The notes: a model not told the origin generated them from the sequence alone. DNA of 64,000 nt from Eubacteriales bacterium (GCA_050950785.1 JBMNIG010000024.1:8892-72891); one strand, 5' to 3'. Shown: positions 40,189 to 49,321, counted from the first letter of the stretch. Numbers and translations: made by a program.

Positions 40189-41481
40189 TCACCCTACATC
40201 GCTGAGCTCTTCGGAATCAGGCACATCCACGCTGAGGATATCTCCCCCAAGGCCACGTACTTTCTCGACCATGTTCTCATAACCACGCTCAATGTGATGC
40301 ACACCTCTGATTTCTGTTGTGCCCTTCGCGGCAAGTCCGGCTATCACAAGGGCAGCGCCGGCACGCAAATCACATGCACAAAGAGGTGCACCCGAAAAGC
40401 ATTCGATTCCTTCTACGACAGCTACTTTGCCGTCCACCTGTACCTTGGCTCCCATGCGCTTTAGTTCGTCTACATACTTAAACCTGTTGTCGTAGATCCC
40501 CTCTGTAATAACAGATGTGCCTTCAGCCAGACAGAGCGCCGTTGTGATCTGTGGCTGCATATCTGTAGGAAACCCGGGATAGGGCAGAGTTTTTACATTA
40601 GTCTTTTGCAGTTTGTTTGTTCGAGCAACTAACAGGGCATCATCATATTCCTCAAACTCCAGGCCGATTTCACTAAATTTCGCGGTAATGCACTCAAGGT
40701 GCTTGGGAATTACATTCTTTATGAGGATCCTGCCGCCCGTGGCTGCGGTTGCAGCAATATACGTTCCGGCCTCGATCTGATCCGGAATAATGCTATATGT
40801 GCCGCCATGTAGCGATTCAACACCACGTATTTTAATTACATCGGTACCGGCGCCGGTTATGTTGGCACCCATTGAATTTAGGAAGTTCGCTGTATCTACG
40901 ACATGGGGCTCCTTTGCTGCGTTTTCAATGACCGTAAGTCCGTCCGCGAGGGATGCAGCTATCATTACATTGATGGTTGCCCCAACTGTGTTGACGTCAA
41001 AATAGACATGTGCTCCTTTGAGCCGGCCTTCCCGGGCCGTGGCATGGACAAAACCACTTTTTACCTCAACCTCCGCCCCCAGAGCCTCAAAGCCCTTGAT
41101 ATGCTGGTCGATAGGTCTTACTCCCAAGTCGCAACCACCAGGCATGGCCACGACAGCGTGACCAAAGCGTCCGAGCAGTGCGCCAATCAAATAGTAGGAC
41201 CCGCGAATTTTTCTCATCGCCTCATATGAAGCGCTTGTATTGACAACTGATGTTGCATCGATTTCGACAGTTGAGCCGTTTACCAATCGTACCTTGGCAC
41301 CAAGCTCACGAAGGATTTCAAGCATCAGTGTTACATCTATAATTTTAGGAATATTTTCAATCCGAGTCACCCCTCCGACAAGAGCGGAGGATGCAATGAC
41401 CCCCAGAGCCGCATTTTTCGCTCCACTAACTGTCACTTCACCGTTGAGTGGCTTTCCACCCCGAATGACGTACTTAATCAC
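40189..41481 (-). CDS. murA: UDP-N-acetylglucosamine 1-carboxyvinyltransferase
   Basis: VSGAKNAALGV and active-site loop PGGCDLGVRPIDQH. GTG 41481 follows GGAAGG at a 7-nt spacing. The ORF-track TTG at 41496 is an alternative start. Confidence 0.9.
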   Translation of the reverse strand: MIKYVIRGGKPLNGEVTVSGAKNAALGVIASSALVGGVTRIENIPKIIDVTLMLEILRELGAKVRLVNGSTVEIDATSVVNTSASYEAMRKIRGSYYLIGALLGRFGHAVVAMPGGCDLGVRPIDQHIKGFEALGAEVEVKSGFVHATAREGRLKGAHVYFDVNTVGATINVMIAASLADGLTVIENAAKEPHVVDTANFLNSMGANITGAGTDVIKIRGVESLHGGTYSIIPDQIEAGTYIAATAATGGRILIKNVIPKHLECITAKFSEIGLEFEEYDDALLVARTNKLQKTNVKTLPYPGFPTDMQPQITTALCLAEGTSVITEGIYDNRFKYVDELKRMGAKVQVDGKVAVVEGIECFSGAPLCACDLRAGAALVIAGLAAKGTTEIRGVHHIERGYENMVEKVRGLGGDILSVDVPDSEELSDVG

Positions 41482-41880
41482 AACAGCACCTTCCAAATTC
41501 AGTTATTACTTGCGCATTGAGCGCATACGGTACAATTCATCCTGCCGCCGTCGGCGGTTTAAGAAATTCCGAGCATTTACGACTAAATATAACTGTCTTA
41601 CAAAACACAAAATAATTAAAATATATTTCCTATCTTGTGCATTTTAGCGTTGAAGAACATATTTTATACCGGCTTTGTTTATATAATTCCCCATTAAAAC
41701 AGGAACTAAACAACTCATGAATAAAAACGAATTAATATAATCCGGCTGTTAAATTATAGCATATAAGAAACCAAAATCAATCAATATTTTCGATTGTATT
41801 ATTTTAGAAGGGCTTTCTGCAGATTTTTCCTGAAAAATTTGATAAATTCGACTATTATGACTTATTTGTCAGCTTATAGA

Positions 41881-42744
41881 CTATCTTGGTAAACTTCGTT
41901 GGCTAACAGGTTCTAAAGAAATTGCGTCGACATAATACGTGCCCAGGTCGGAGACTATCTCCCAGGCAGGAGTGATCCTTGTAAACCCGGGTGCCGAGCT
42001 TTCAGCATAATATCCCAGAGTAGCTCCCGTTATTTCGCGGCAAGGTGTACCGTTTTTTATCATTTTATCAGCAAAAGCAAATACCGCAGAAGCCAAAGAA
42101 ACGGAAGGTGTCGCATCGCACACAAGCGGATTCCCCAGGATCCGGCCTCCTCGCATGGATTCAAGCTCTCCCGAGGCAAAGCTTATTTCATAGTTGCGGT
42201 TGAATATCTTTCTGCCGTTAAGGATCTGTATGCCTTTTACAACGACACCATCCTGGGTTTCCGATGCGCTAAGGTGATCACCGGAAATGTCAATGCCCAT
42301 CTGCTTGAACACCTCATTGGCTCCCTCAAAGCCTGGTTTGATAACCTTGACCCTGTCCTTACCACTAAGAAACACATCAAATAGGCCATCTCCTGAAAGG
42401 CGCGCCCAGCTGTCACCCGATGTCAACATCAAATTACCGCCTCCCAGTTCCTCCATAACCGGTGAGTCCAGGAGGGTGGAAAATGCGGATATCTCCAGAT
42501 CTGTGTCCCTTTCAACTTCGAGCATATATAGGGGAGCTGTCTCAGTTTCAAAAATGCCTATGCTGATCGTCACACCCAAGTTGTCCAAGCCTGATACCAC
42601 ATTTTCGATCATCTCACGCTCTATTCGGGCATCCTCCATTTTGCGAGAAACAAAGAGGGCTCCAATCAGCAGATTGATCATTAGCAGAAAAAAGATCAGT
42701 ATTGTCTTAACTTTTGGCCAATCCACAGAACCCATTCCCTTCAC
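41881..42744 (-). CDS. yycI: YycI-like two-component system regulatory protein
   Basis: 287 aa. N-terminus VDWPKVKTILIFFLLMINLLIG resembles YycI. Position after yycH. Confidence 0.6.
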   Translation of the reverse strand: MKGMGSVDWPKVKTILIFFLLMINLLIGALFVSRKMEDARIEREMIENVVSGLDNLGVTISIGIFETETAPLYMLEVERDTDLEISAFSTLLDSPVMEELGGGNLMLTSGDSWARLSGDGLFDVFLSGKDRVKVIKPGFEGANEVFKQMGIDISGDHLSASETQDGVVVKGIQILNGRKIFNRNYEISFASGELESMRGGRILGNPLVCDATPSVSLASAVFAFADKMIKNGTPCREITGATLGYYAESSAPGFTRITPAWEIVSDLGTYYVDAISLEPVSQRSLPR

Positions 42745-42804
42745 TGTAAAGCATTCTACAAAAGCGTCATGAAATATCAGCCTTCAAAAGTAAAATGCAT
42801 TGCA

Positions 42805-44127
42805 CTACTTGCTAAACCATTTGATTTCCAACCGTCCAGTGCTATCACCGTCTTTCTCAGCGTAGCACAAACCGCTATCCGCCCCTTCTCCGGCAAGCAC
42901 TATCGCTGTTTCCAAGGGCAGAGGCCGGAATGTTTCATCCTCAAGTACAAAGGAACGGAGCTGTACATGAGCATATACGAGTACTCCTCCCCTTATGCGA
43001 AAAGTTGCCGCATCAGACGAGTTGGACAAGAAGACAGGAACACCGTCAAGAAAATAATCAAATCCGACAGTATACTCATTTTTGTCTTTGTCATACTCAA
43101 ACCGCGAAAGCCTTAAAGAAGCATCCCCACATCGCAAACCGGCAGTTTGCTCGGAGAGAAGCCTAATATTTTCAATTATCTCGGCTTCGGAGGATTTTGA
43201 TACATATATCACATACCCTTCGGTTTGGCCTTCTTCGGTATCAGAGTATACCAAATCCCCTTTTTCGGACAGGGTAAGGGTCCGTGGCCCATCAACGGCA
43301 ACAACTGTATTGTCCCGGCTCTGGGTGTATCTGTTGGAGCTTAGACTCATTCCAAAGGTTTTCAACAGTTCGTTGAAGTCAATATTCTCATGTGATAGCC
43401 TGGAAGCAGACGCCACTCTAATGGGCGGTCTCTTAAACAAAAATAGCTCGTCCATAGGCTTTGGAGCCAATTTTTCATTTTCGAAAGCAAAAACGCATCC
43501 ATTTGGACTATAGCCTGTCAAAACCTCTGCTATGTCTGAGGGGTTTACGGCTGTTTTGGAATAAAGATATTTTCTGTTTTCACCGGCAGTAAAGTAAAAT
43601 CCAACAACGTCGTCGTCCACCGAAAGTATCAAATGTCGTGCACTGCCAGTGATATGCGGCGACGGTTCAAAGTTCTGCCAGAGTGCAATTGCAGACAGAG
43701 GAATGTCTTCAAAATAATCATAATAAATGCCGGTTCGCCCTAGTGCGGCGCGCCACTCGTTAACGGATATCTCAGTTGGTTCTGATGCAGAACCTATCGC
43801 CTCACCGATCAGGCGCTTTGTTCTGTCTACAACCTGAGTCACAAGCGTGTTGTCGTATTCGGCGCCATATCTGCCTTCATTTAGCGTTATAGCACATCTA
43901 ACAGGGCTTGCGGCTTCCCGCAAATCGTGGACACGCCTTGTTTCAATAGTTACAGCCCCGGGTATATCGATCCCGATAAAGGACAGCAGCTTGCCGGCCT
44001 TCTCGTAAAATTTCACAGGAAGGATCGACGGCTCATATACCCATGTCATTACTGTAAGCCACAACGCGCTAATCAGCAGTAAAATAATAATGATCGTTTT
44101 GGCAGTTTCTTTGAAGCGCCCCATCAC
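42805..44127 (-). CDS. yycH: YycH-like two-component system activity regulator
   Basis: 440 aa with an N-terminal anchor KETAKTIIIILLLISALWLTVMTW. The start overlaps the walK stop. Confidence 0.6.
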   Translation of the reverse strand: MMGRFKETAKTIIIILLLISALWLTVMTWVYEPSILPVKFYEKAGKLLSFIGIDIPGAVTIETRRVHDLREAASPVRCAITLNEGRYGAEYDNTLVTQVVDRTKRLIGEAIGSASEPTEISVNEWRAALGRTGIYYDYFEDIPLSAIALWQNFEPSPHITGSARHLILSVDDDVVGFYFTAGENRKYLYSKTAVNPSDIAEVLTGYSPNGCVFAFENEKLAPKPMDELFLFKRPPIRVASASRLSHENIDFNELLKTFGMSLSSNRYTQSRDNTVVAVDGPRTLTLSEKGDLVYSDTEEGQTEGYVIYVSKSSEAEIIENIRLLSEQTAGLRCGDASLRLSRFEYDKDKNEYTVGFDYFLDGVPVFLSNSSDAATFRIRGGVLVYAHVQLRSFVLEDETFRPLPLETAIVLAGEGADSGLCYAEKDGDSTGRLEIKWFSK

Positions 44128-45890
44128 TTTTCTTCCCCTCCAATAGGAAGGTGTACTGTAACCGATGTGCCCTCCCCGTACCTGCTTTCAACAAATATCT
44201 TTCCGCCGTGACGCTCAATGATTTCCTTTGCGATGGAAAGCCCAAGTCCGCTTCCTCCCGCCTCACGCGAGCGTGCCTTGTCAACCCTGTAAAAGCGCTC
44301 AAACAGCCTCTCAAGATCCCTCTCCGGAATCCCAACACCGCTGTCTTTTACACAAATCAAAACCGTGTCATCCTCTGACCATGCTTTTATAGAAATTTCG
44401 CCACCGTCCGGTGTGTACTTTATGGCATTTGACAAAATATTCGTTAGGACCTGCTCAATACGGTCGCTATCGCAATACACATCGGGTAACTGACCCACCA
44501 GCTCCATAGTCATGATATGTTTATGCTTCATTGCATCCAAATACATGGCCTGGTAGACCCTTTCGATCAACTTGACAGTTTGCACTCGATGGATTTTTAG
44601 ACCGTCACTTCCATAGTCAAACCGCGACAAAGTAAGAAGGTCGGATACGATACGCGTCATGCGGTCGCTTTCCTTCATTATAACACCTAAAAAGTTTCGC
44701 TGTGTTTCGCGGTCAATGTCGTCATTTTCAAGTAGTGTCTCAGTATAGCTTTTGACGTTGGTCAAAGGGGTACGCAGCTCATGGGAGACGTTTGCTACGA
44801 ATTCACGTCGTACATTTTCCAACTTCGTCTGTTCGGTAATGTCGTGTATGACCACCATGACTCCGCCTTCCCGATCATTTTCTCCGAAGGGGGCGATGAA
44901 TAATTCAAGCGAACGCTCCGATGTGCTGTAATTTGTTTCAAAAAAGTCGGGAGGTTTAATGGATAGCGCGTCCTTTAGCGGAAGTATCATGCCAAAGAGG
45001 TCATCATAGTGTATATCTGTGTCGATCTCTCTACCAATAAGTTCGATGGCGGCCGTATTCATCTGAATCATAGCACCGCTTCTATCAAACGCGCAAACAC
45101 CATCCGTCATTCTTAGAAACAGTGTGTTTAGCTTGTTCCTTTCATTTTCAACTGTTTCAAGAGTCGTCTGAAGCTTTTCCGCCATATCGTTAAAAGTTTC
45201 GGACAACACTCCGATCTCGTCACTGGAGTGCACCTCTATTCTTTTTGAAAATTCTCCTTGTGCTATGTCACCTGCAAGGCGAGTCAAGCCCTCAATAGGT
45301 GTCGTCATGGTTTTCGATAGCAAAAAGCTAAGCAGGATGGATATGACCAAACCAAAAAGCAGCGCTTCAAGAATAATGGTAAAAAGCTGTGTTGTCAGCT
45401 CCTGTTGCCGCTGCTTGAGATCACGAATATAAATGATATATTCCGGTTCACTATCCGCACTGGATGAAATGGGTATGGCTATGTCAATATAAGAAGCTGT
45501 TATCGATCTGTTGTCGCCTATTTTGCCGTTCATAGCCGCTAGTATATTTGGGGTAAGATCGAGGGCATTTTCGTTTTCGCCGTCGGATCCAATTAGGCGC
45601 AAACCGGATTTTGCGTCCAGGATATAAAAGTTTCTGTTATTGGGGTCAATTCCAAGATTGCCGCTGTATGTCTCCAAAACTTCGCGCAAACTATCAGCGC
45701 CCTCACTTACGGCTATCCGCAATCTTGAAACAAATTCCTCGTTTTTGAACATTGTTGCCATTTGATCGGAGAATTCGTCCAAATGGTACACTGCTACATT
45801 ACTAATCAGGAATGTTCCCACAACAGCCATAATAGAGAGCATCAGTAGTGACATGATCAATACAAGCTTCAGATATAGACTTCGGAACAT
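44124..45890 (-). CDS. walK: Sensor histidine kinase WalK-like
   Basis: 588 aa with 2 TM segments flanking an extracellular domain, then HAMP, PAS, H-box VANVSHELRTPLT and G-box GGSGLGLSIAKEI. Confidence 0.75.
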   Translation of the reverse strand: MFRSLYLKLVLIMSLLMLSIMAVVGTFLISNVAVYHLDEFSDQMATMFKNEEFVSRLRIAVSEGADSLREVLETYSGNLGIDPNNRNFYILDAKSGLRLIGSDGENENALDLTPNILAAMNGKIGDNRSITASYIDIAIPISSSADSEPEYIIYIRDLKQRQQELTTQLFTIILEALLFGLVISILLSFLLSKTMTTPIEGLTRLAGDIAQGEFSKRIEVHSSDEIGVLSETFNDMAEKLQTTLETVENERNKLNTLFLRMTDGVCAFDRSGAMIQMNTAAIELIGREIDTDIHYDDLFGMILPLKDALSIKPPDFFETNYSTSERSLELFIAPFGENDREGGVMVVIHDITEQTKLENVRREFVANVSHELRTPLTNVKSYTETLLENDDIDRETQRNFLGVIMKESDRMTRIVSDLLTLSRFDYGSDGLKIHRVQTVKLIERVYQAMYLDAMKHKHIMTMELVGQLPDVYCDSDRIEQVLTNILSNAIKYTPDGGEISIKAWSEDDTVLICVKDSGVGIPERDLERLFERFYRVDKARSREAGGSGLGLSIAKEIIERHGGKIFVESRYGEGTSVTVHLPIGGEEK

Positions 45891-45893
45891 GCA

Positions 45894-46598
45894 TCAAGCC
45901 TCCGTGAACATATAACCTGCACCGCGCCTTGTTATTATGTAGCGAGGATTTGCCGGATCATCTTCAACCTTTTCGCGAAGTCTGCGAATCGTCACGTCTA
46001 CTGTTCGTATGTCTCCATAGAATTCGTAGTTCCAAACCTTTTCCATCAGTTCCTCTCTGCTGAACACCTTGTTTGGTGATGAGGCAAGAAACCTTATAAG
46101 TTCAAACTCCCGCTGTGTCAGGTCTAAAGGCTTCTCGTTTTTCAAAACCTCAAGGCGTCCTAAATCGATTCGCAAATCACCTGCAACGATCTGGTCACCC
46201 TCCCTCAAAGATCCGGCAGCGCTCTCCTCCATTTTGCTACGCCGGATATTTGCCTTTATACGGGCTAACAGCTCCCGCATTGAGAATGGCTTTGTTATGT
46301 AGTCGTCAGCGCCGATTTCCAATCCAAGTATTTTGTCCGACTCCTCTTCCCGTGCGGTAAGCATTATTACAGGCGTTGTAGCACCTTGCTCTCGAAGCTT
46401 CCTGCACACCTCGAATCCATCAAGTTTTGGAAGCATCACATCAAGCAAAATCAAATCCGGATTGTCAGATTTGGCAAGGGCAAGACCTGTCTCTCCGTCC
46501 ATTGCCTCTATCGTCTCGTAACCCTCTCGCCTAAGATTAAAACTCAATATATCAATAATAGACTTTTCATCTTCGACGATTAGTAACTTTTTGTCCAT
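45894..46598 (-). CDS. walR: OmpR-family response regulator WalR-like
   Basis: 234 aa. LLIVEDEKSI, LLDVMLPKLDG, C-terminal winged helix ending TRRGAGYMF. Confidence 0.85.
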   Translation of the reverse strand: MDKKLLIVEDEKSIIDILSFNLRREGYETIEAMDGETGLALAKSDNPDLILLDVMLPKLDGFEVCRKLREQGATTPVIMLTAREEESDKILGLEIGADDYITKPFSMRELLARIKANIRRSKMEESAAGSLREGDQIVAGDLRIDLGRLEVLKNEKPLDLTQREFELIRFLASSPNKVFSREELMEKVWNYEFYGDIRTVDVTIRRLREKVEDDPANPRYIITRRGAGYMFTEA

Positions 46599-46726
46599 AA
46601 ATCTCCTCCGAACTACTCCCGATGGAGTTTTACTGCTCCATTATATCATAGAAAGCAAACTTAGGCATTATTTTTTGATATTTTGCAACAATTGAGAACC
46701 TTTCCATTTTTATCGAGGTCGAGCGC

Positions 46727-46755
46727 TTGACAATTACCATACTACCTTATAATAT
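46727..46755 (+). promoter_or_regulatory. Sigma-A-type promoter of the ECF S-component gene
   Basis: TTGACA (46727-46732) followed by TATAAT at a 15-nt spacing or TAATAT at a 17-nt spacing. The ATG lies about 30 nt downstream, so there is no room for a riboswitch. Confidence 0.55.
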
Positions 46756-46783
46756 TAAAAAGATTCGAAAAGGAGGATTCTTC

Positions 46784-47359
46784 ATGCGTAGGCGCAAACT
46801 AACAATGTATGATATAATCGGCGTTGGCTTTATGTCGGCACTCGTATTTGTCGCTTCCCAGATCAGTTTTCCCATCCCATCTATCCTTGGTCTTACCAGA
46901 ATACATCTCGGAAATGCGTTCTGCCTTCTCTCCGGCTTCCTTCTTGGTGGACTCAAAGGTGGTTTGGCGGCTGGCATTGGCTCGATGTTTTTCGACCTGG
47001 TAAACCCCGCCTATGTCTCGGAGGCTCCAATAACATTTATTAATAAGTTCATGATGGGTTTTGTCTGCGGCAGTATCTCTTTAACCAAAAAAACAACCAA
47101 CTTTAACATACTACGCAACATCGTGGCCGGCATATTGGGTGCTTTAACATATGTTCTGCTTTATCTGTCCAAGACATTTATAGGCGATGTGTACTTCCTT
47201 CGGGCAGAAGTGGCAACAGCCCTATTAGATGTGCTGATAAAAGCTCGAGTCTCACTCATAAATGCTGCTATAGCAGTTATTATTTCGGTTCCTGCATCCG
47301 CGGTAATACTGCTTGCACTTTCGAACACTCTCTTGTTCCGAAAGATCCGTTCTCTATGA
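46784..47359 (+). CDS. ECF-transporter substrate-specific (S) component, substrate unknown
   Basis: 191 aa with about 6 TM segments. MRRRKLTMYDIIGVGFMSALVFVASQISFPIP is typical of S components. ATG 46784 follows AAAGGAGGA. No ECF A/T genes are nearby. Confidence 0.6.
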   Translation: MRRRKLTMYDIIGVGFMSALVFVASQISFPIPSILGLTRIHLGNAFCLLSGFLLGGLKGGLAAGIGSMFFDLVNPAYVSEAPITFINKFMMGFVCGSISLTKKTTNFNILRNIVAGILGALTYVLLYLSKTFIGDVYFLRAEVATALLDVLIKARVSLINAAIAVIISVPASAVILLALSNTLLFRKIRSL

Positions 47360-47483
47360 CTTATTTCTAGTTGTTTTGTTCCTTAATGATCCACGAGTGT
47401 TAACGCGGTGACAGGTTCCTTTCCAGTTGGTTGGAACATGAGGACAGTTCCTTGTCCCTGTTACCTATACCCGTGTCCCACCA

Positions 47484-47522
47484 AGTTCCAAAGGGTCGAC
47501 AAGATCCTTTGGAACTTTTTAT
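47484..47522 (+). terminator. Rho-independent terminator downstream of the ECF S-component gene
   Basis: Perfect 11-bp stem AGTTCCAAAGG / CCTTTGGAACT with an 11-nt loop, then TTTTTAT. Confidence 0.8.
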
Positions 47523-47572
47523 ATACTTTCACGTCAAAAATCGGTTTACATCAAACTCTAGCCGAAAGCCCG

Positions 47573-47625
47573 TGACTTCAGTCAGCGGCTTTAGTCAGTG
47601 GGATGAAATCCTCTGACTTTAGTCA
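47573..47625. repeat. Pair of TGACT-N2-AGTCA palindromes plus half-sites in a non-transcribed gap
   Basis: TGACTTCAGTCA (47573-47584) and TGACTTTAGTCA (47614-47625), with CTTTAGTCA at 47589-47597 and TTGACTCA at 47639-47646. Confidence 0.5.
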
Positions 47626-47645
47626 TGGGGAGTGTCCATTGACTC

Positions 47646-47685
47646 AAAAAAATCGCCCTGCCGGTTAGGAGGAGTCCGGCAAGGC
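47646..47685 (-). terminator. Rho-independent terminator of the agr-type locus
   Basis: On the minus strand: GCCTTGCCGG, 11-nt loop, CCGGCAGGGC (one G-U pair), followed by GATTTTTTTGA. Confidence 0.75.
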
Positions 47686-47699
47686 CTGGCTGCAGAGAA

Positions 47700-48422
47700 T
47701 TACAGTTTTTTGTTGCGCAATAAGCACATCCCCATTGTGCGTTGCATTATAACAATCTCTTCCCCAAGAGATGTTTTAACACATGTTTTGTTAGCCTCAA
47801 CCCACACTTTGCGAACATGTATTGGATTTGCTATACAATTGCCTTGTGATCTAACAAATCCCAATGGCAGTAACTGTTCCTCAATTGCAGAAAGGTCGGC
47901 TCTGATTTTCGCATTGATCATTTTACCTGATTTGAAATAGTAAACGTAAGTCTGACGATTCCCGCATTTGCAAAAGCAGATTATATCCTGGCTAGGCAGC
48001 GCAATAAAACTCTTGTCAGTGGTTATGAGCACTGTCTTTCTTATTTCGTTTATTCTCTGAAGTGCTTCCGCTAGAACCAACTTCAGTTTTGCTTTCGACA
48101 CAGGCCTAACCAGATAGTTAAATGCTGAAACTTTAAATCCGTCTTCCCATTGATCAGCTTTGGATGAAAGAAAAACGATCAATGTTTCCCGGCTCAATAT
48201 ACGTATTTGATCTGCAATTCCCAAACCGTTATAGCTGCTTGTTGCATCATGTTCGATAAGCGCAAGACCAAAGCCGATACCCATTGAATTGAGGATCTCA
48301 GAACTTGAACTGAACTCGAAAACCTCAATTTTATTATCGTTTTCTCTTTCAAATTCCCTCAGTATACTGACCAAAGCTGCCCTACGAGACTCTAAATGGT
48401 CAACTACGGCAACATTTATCAT
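47700..48422 (-). CDS. LytTR-family response regulator with atypical receiver domain
   Basis: LytTR domain (DIICFCKCGNRQTYVYYF...LPLGFVRSQGNCIANPIHV). The receiver reads VAVVDH (usually DD), LALIEHDATSS and FNYLVRP (usually KP). The start is taken at MINVAVVDH (48422). Confidence 0.7.
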   Translation of the reverse strand: MINVAVVDHLESRRAALVSILREFERENDNKIEVFEFSSSSEILNSMGIGFGLALIEHDATSSYNGLGIADQIRILSRETLIVFLSSKADQWEDGFKVSAFNYLVRPVSKAKLKLVLAEALQRINEIRKTVLITTDKSFIALPSQDIICFCKCGNRQTYVYYFKSGKMINAKIRADLSAIEEQLLPLGFVRSQGNCIANPIHVRKVWVEANKTCVKTSLGEEIVIMQRTMGMCLLRNKKL

Positions 48423-48453
48423 TGAACTCTTCCCTAAAGGTAATAGCAGTTTT

Positions 48454-49056
48454 CTATATTTCAAAACCAGCTCTTTGCCTTATAAGCTGGTTCAACTTAG
48501 CTACGATTACGGATACTGCTGTTACAGCAAGACCTAGCGAAACAACCAAAGCGTAAAACTCCATATGGGATATGAGCAGTAAAATCAACGCTAAGCCTTC
48601 CACTGCAAGCACCCTCAAACTAATCTTACGATAAACCTTTACTTCCTTCTCATCAAGGGGTCTGTTCTTATCTTCAACCGGGGAAAACATGAAAATAATC
48701 AATGTAGAGAATAGACCAAGCACAGCAGATATCATATAATAAGCCGATTCAGAGATAATGCTCAGACAAAAGATAACAATTAGCATCATTGCCATCGACA
48801 ACAGATAACACTTTAGATGTGTCGACGCATGATACCCGCCGGAGTAGGTCCTCAGCGGAGAAAAGACCGCAAAGAATATTATACCTTCCAACAACCTGCC
48901 AAATACCACAAATAATATAAAAGTCGACACGATATTGACAATTAAGGCTGTGACAACTTCTATACTGTACTGATAGACGTCACGATCTTCTTCTTTTACT
49001 ACCCCGGCGGATATCATCCTGGTTGTTAAACTAACAGAAATGCGTCGAAAAAACAT
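48454..49056 (-). CDS. agrB: AgrB-like accessory gene regulator protein B (AIP-processing membrane peptidase)
   Basis: 200 aa, polytopic. LRTYSGGYHASTHLKCYLLS carries the conserved His and Cys of AgrB. Its ATG overlaps the stop of the upstream small ORF (TAATG). Confidence 0.75.
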   Translation of the reverse strand: MFFRRISVSLTTRMISAGVVKEEDRDVYQYSIEVVTALIVNIVSTFILFVVFGRLLEGIIFFAVFSPLRTYSGGYHASTHLKCYLLSMAMMLIVIFCLSIISESAYYMISAVLGLFSTLIIFMFSPVEDKNRPLDEKEVKVYRKISLRVLAVEGLALILLLISHMEFYALVVSLGLAVTAVSVIVAKLNQLIRQRAGFEI

Positions 49057-49196
49057 TAGAATTTCCTGAACTTCTTTAAGCCTTCCGGTGCTTTAGGCTG
49101 GTTATAAATTAACAGACATGGCCAAACTGCTAAAACTGCAGTTGCGGTGAATAGAACCGTTGATAGCGCTGACAGGATCTTAATGTTCTTTTTCAC
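49056..49196 (-). CDS. agrD: AgrD-like autoinducing-peptide precursor (46 aa; not in the ORF track)
   Basis: Manual translation gives (M)KKNIKILSALSTVLFTATAVLAVWPCLLIYNQPKAPEGLKKFRKF. GTG 49196 lies 9 nt after GGAAAGG, and an in-frame ATG at 49205 is an alternative start. It has a hydrophobic N-terminal helix, a single Cys followed by 4 residues, then an NQPKAPEGL charged tail like clostridial AgrD. It is translationally coupled to agrB. Confidence 0.65.
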   Translation of the reverse strand: MKKNIKILSALSTVLFTATAVLAVWPCLLIYNQPKAPEGLKKFRKF

Positions 49197-49263
49197 TATT
49201 ACCATCCTTTCCTATGCAGTAATATAGGGATTGAACGAATACTGTTATTTATTTATCATATTC

Positions 49264-49321
49264 GTAAAAGTTTGTACATAGGAAATGCAAACTTCGTCGA
49301 AATAGTGTCAAAGTTCGTAAC
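49264..49321. promoter_or_regulatory. Three regularly spaced AAAGTT(T/C)G-type motifs upstream of agrD (candidate LytTR regulator sites)
   Basis: GTAAAAGTTTGTAC (49264-49277), TGCAAACTTCG (49286-49296, inverted) and GTCAAAGTTCGTAAC (49307-49321). The core centres are 21 and 22 bp apart. Confidence 0.35.
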
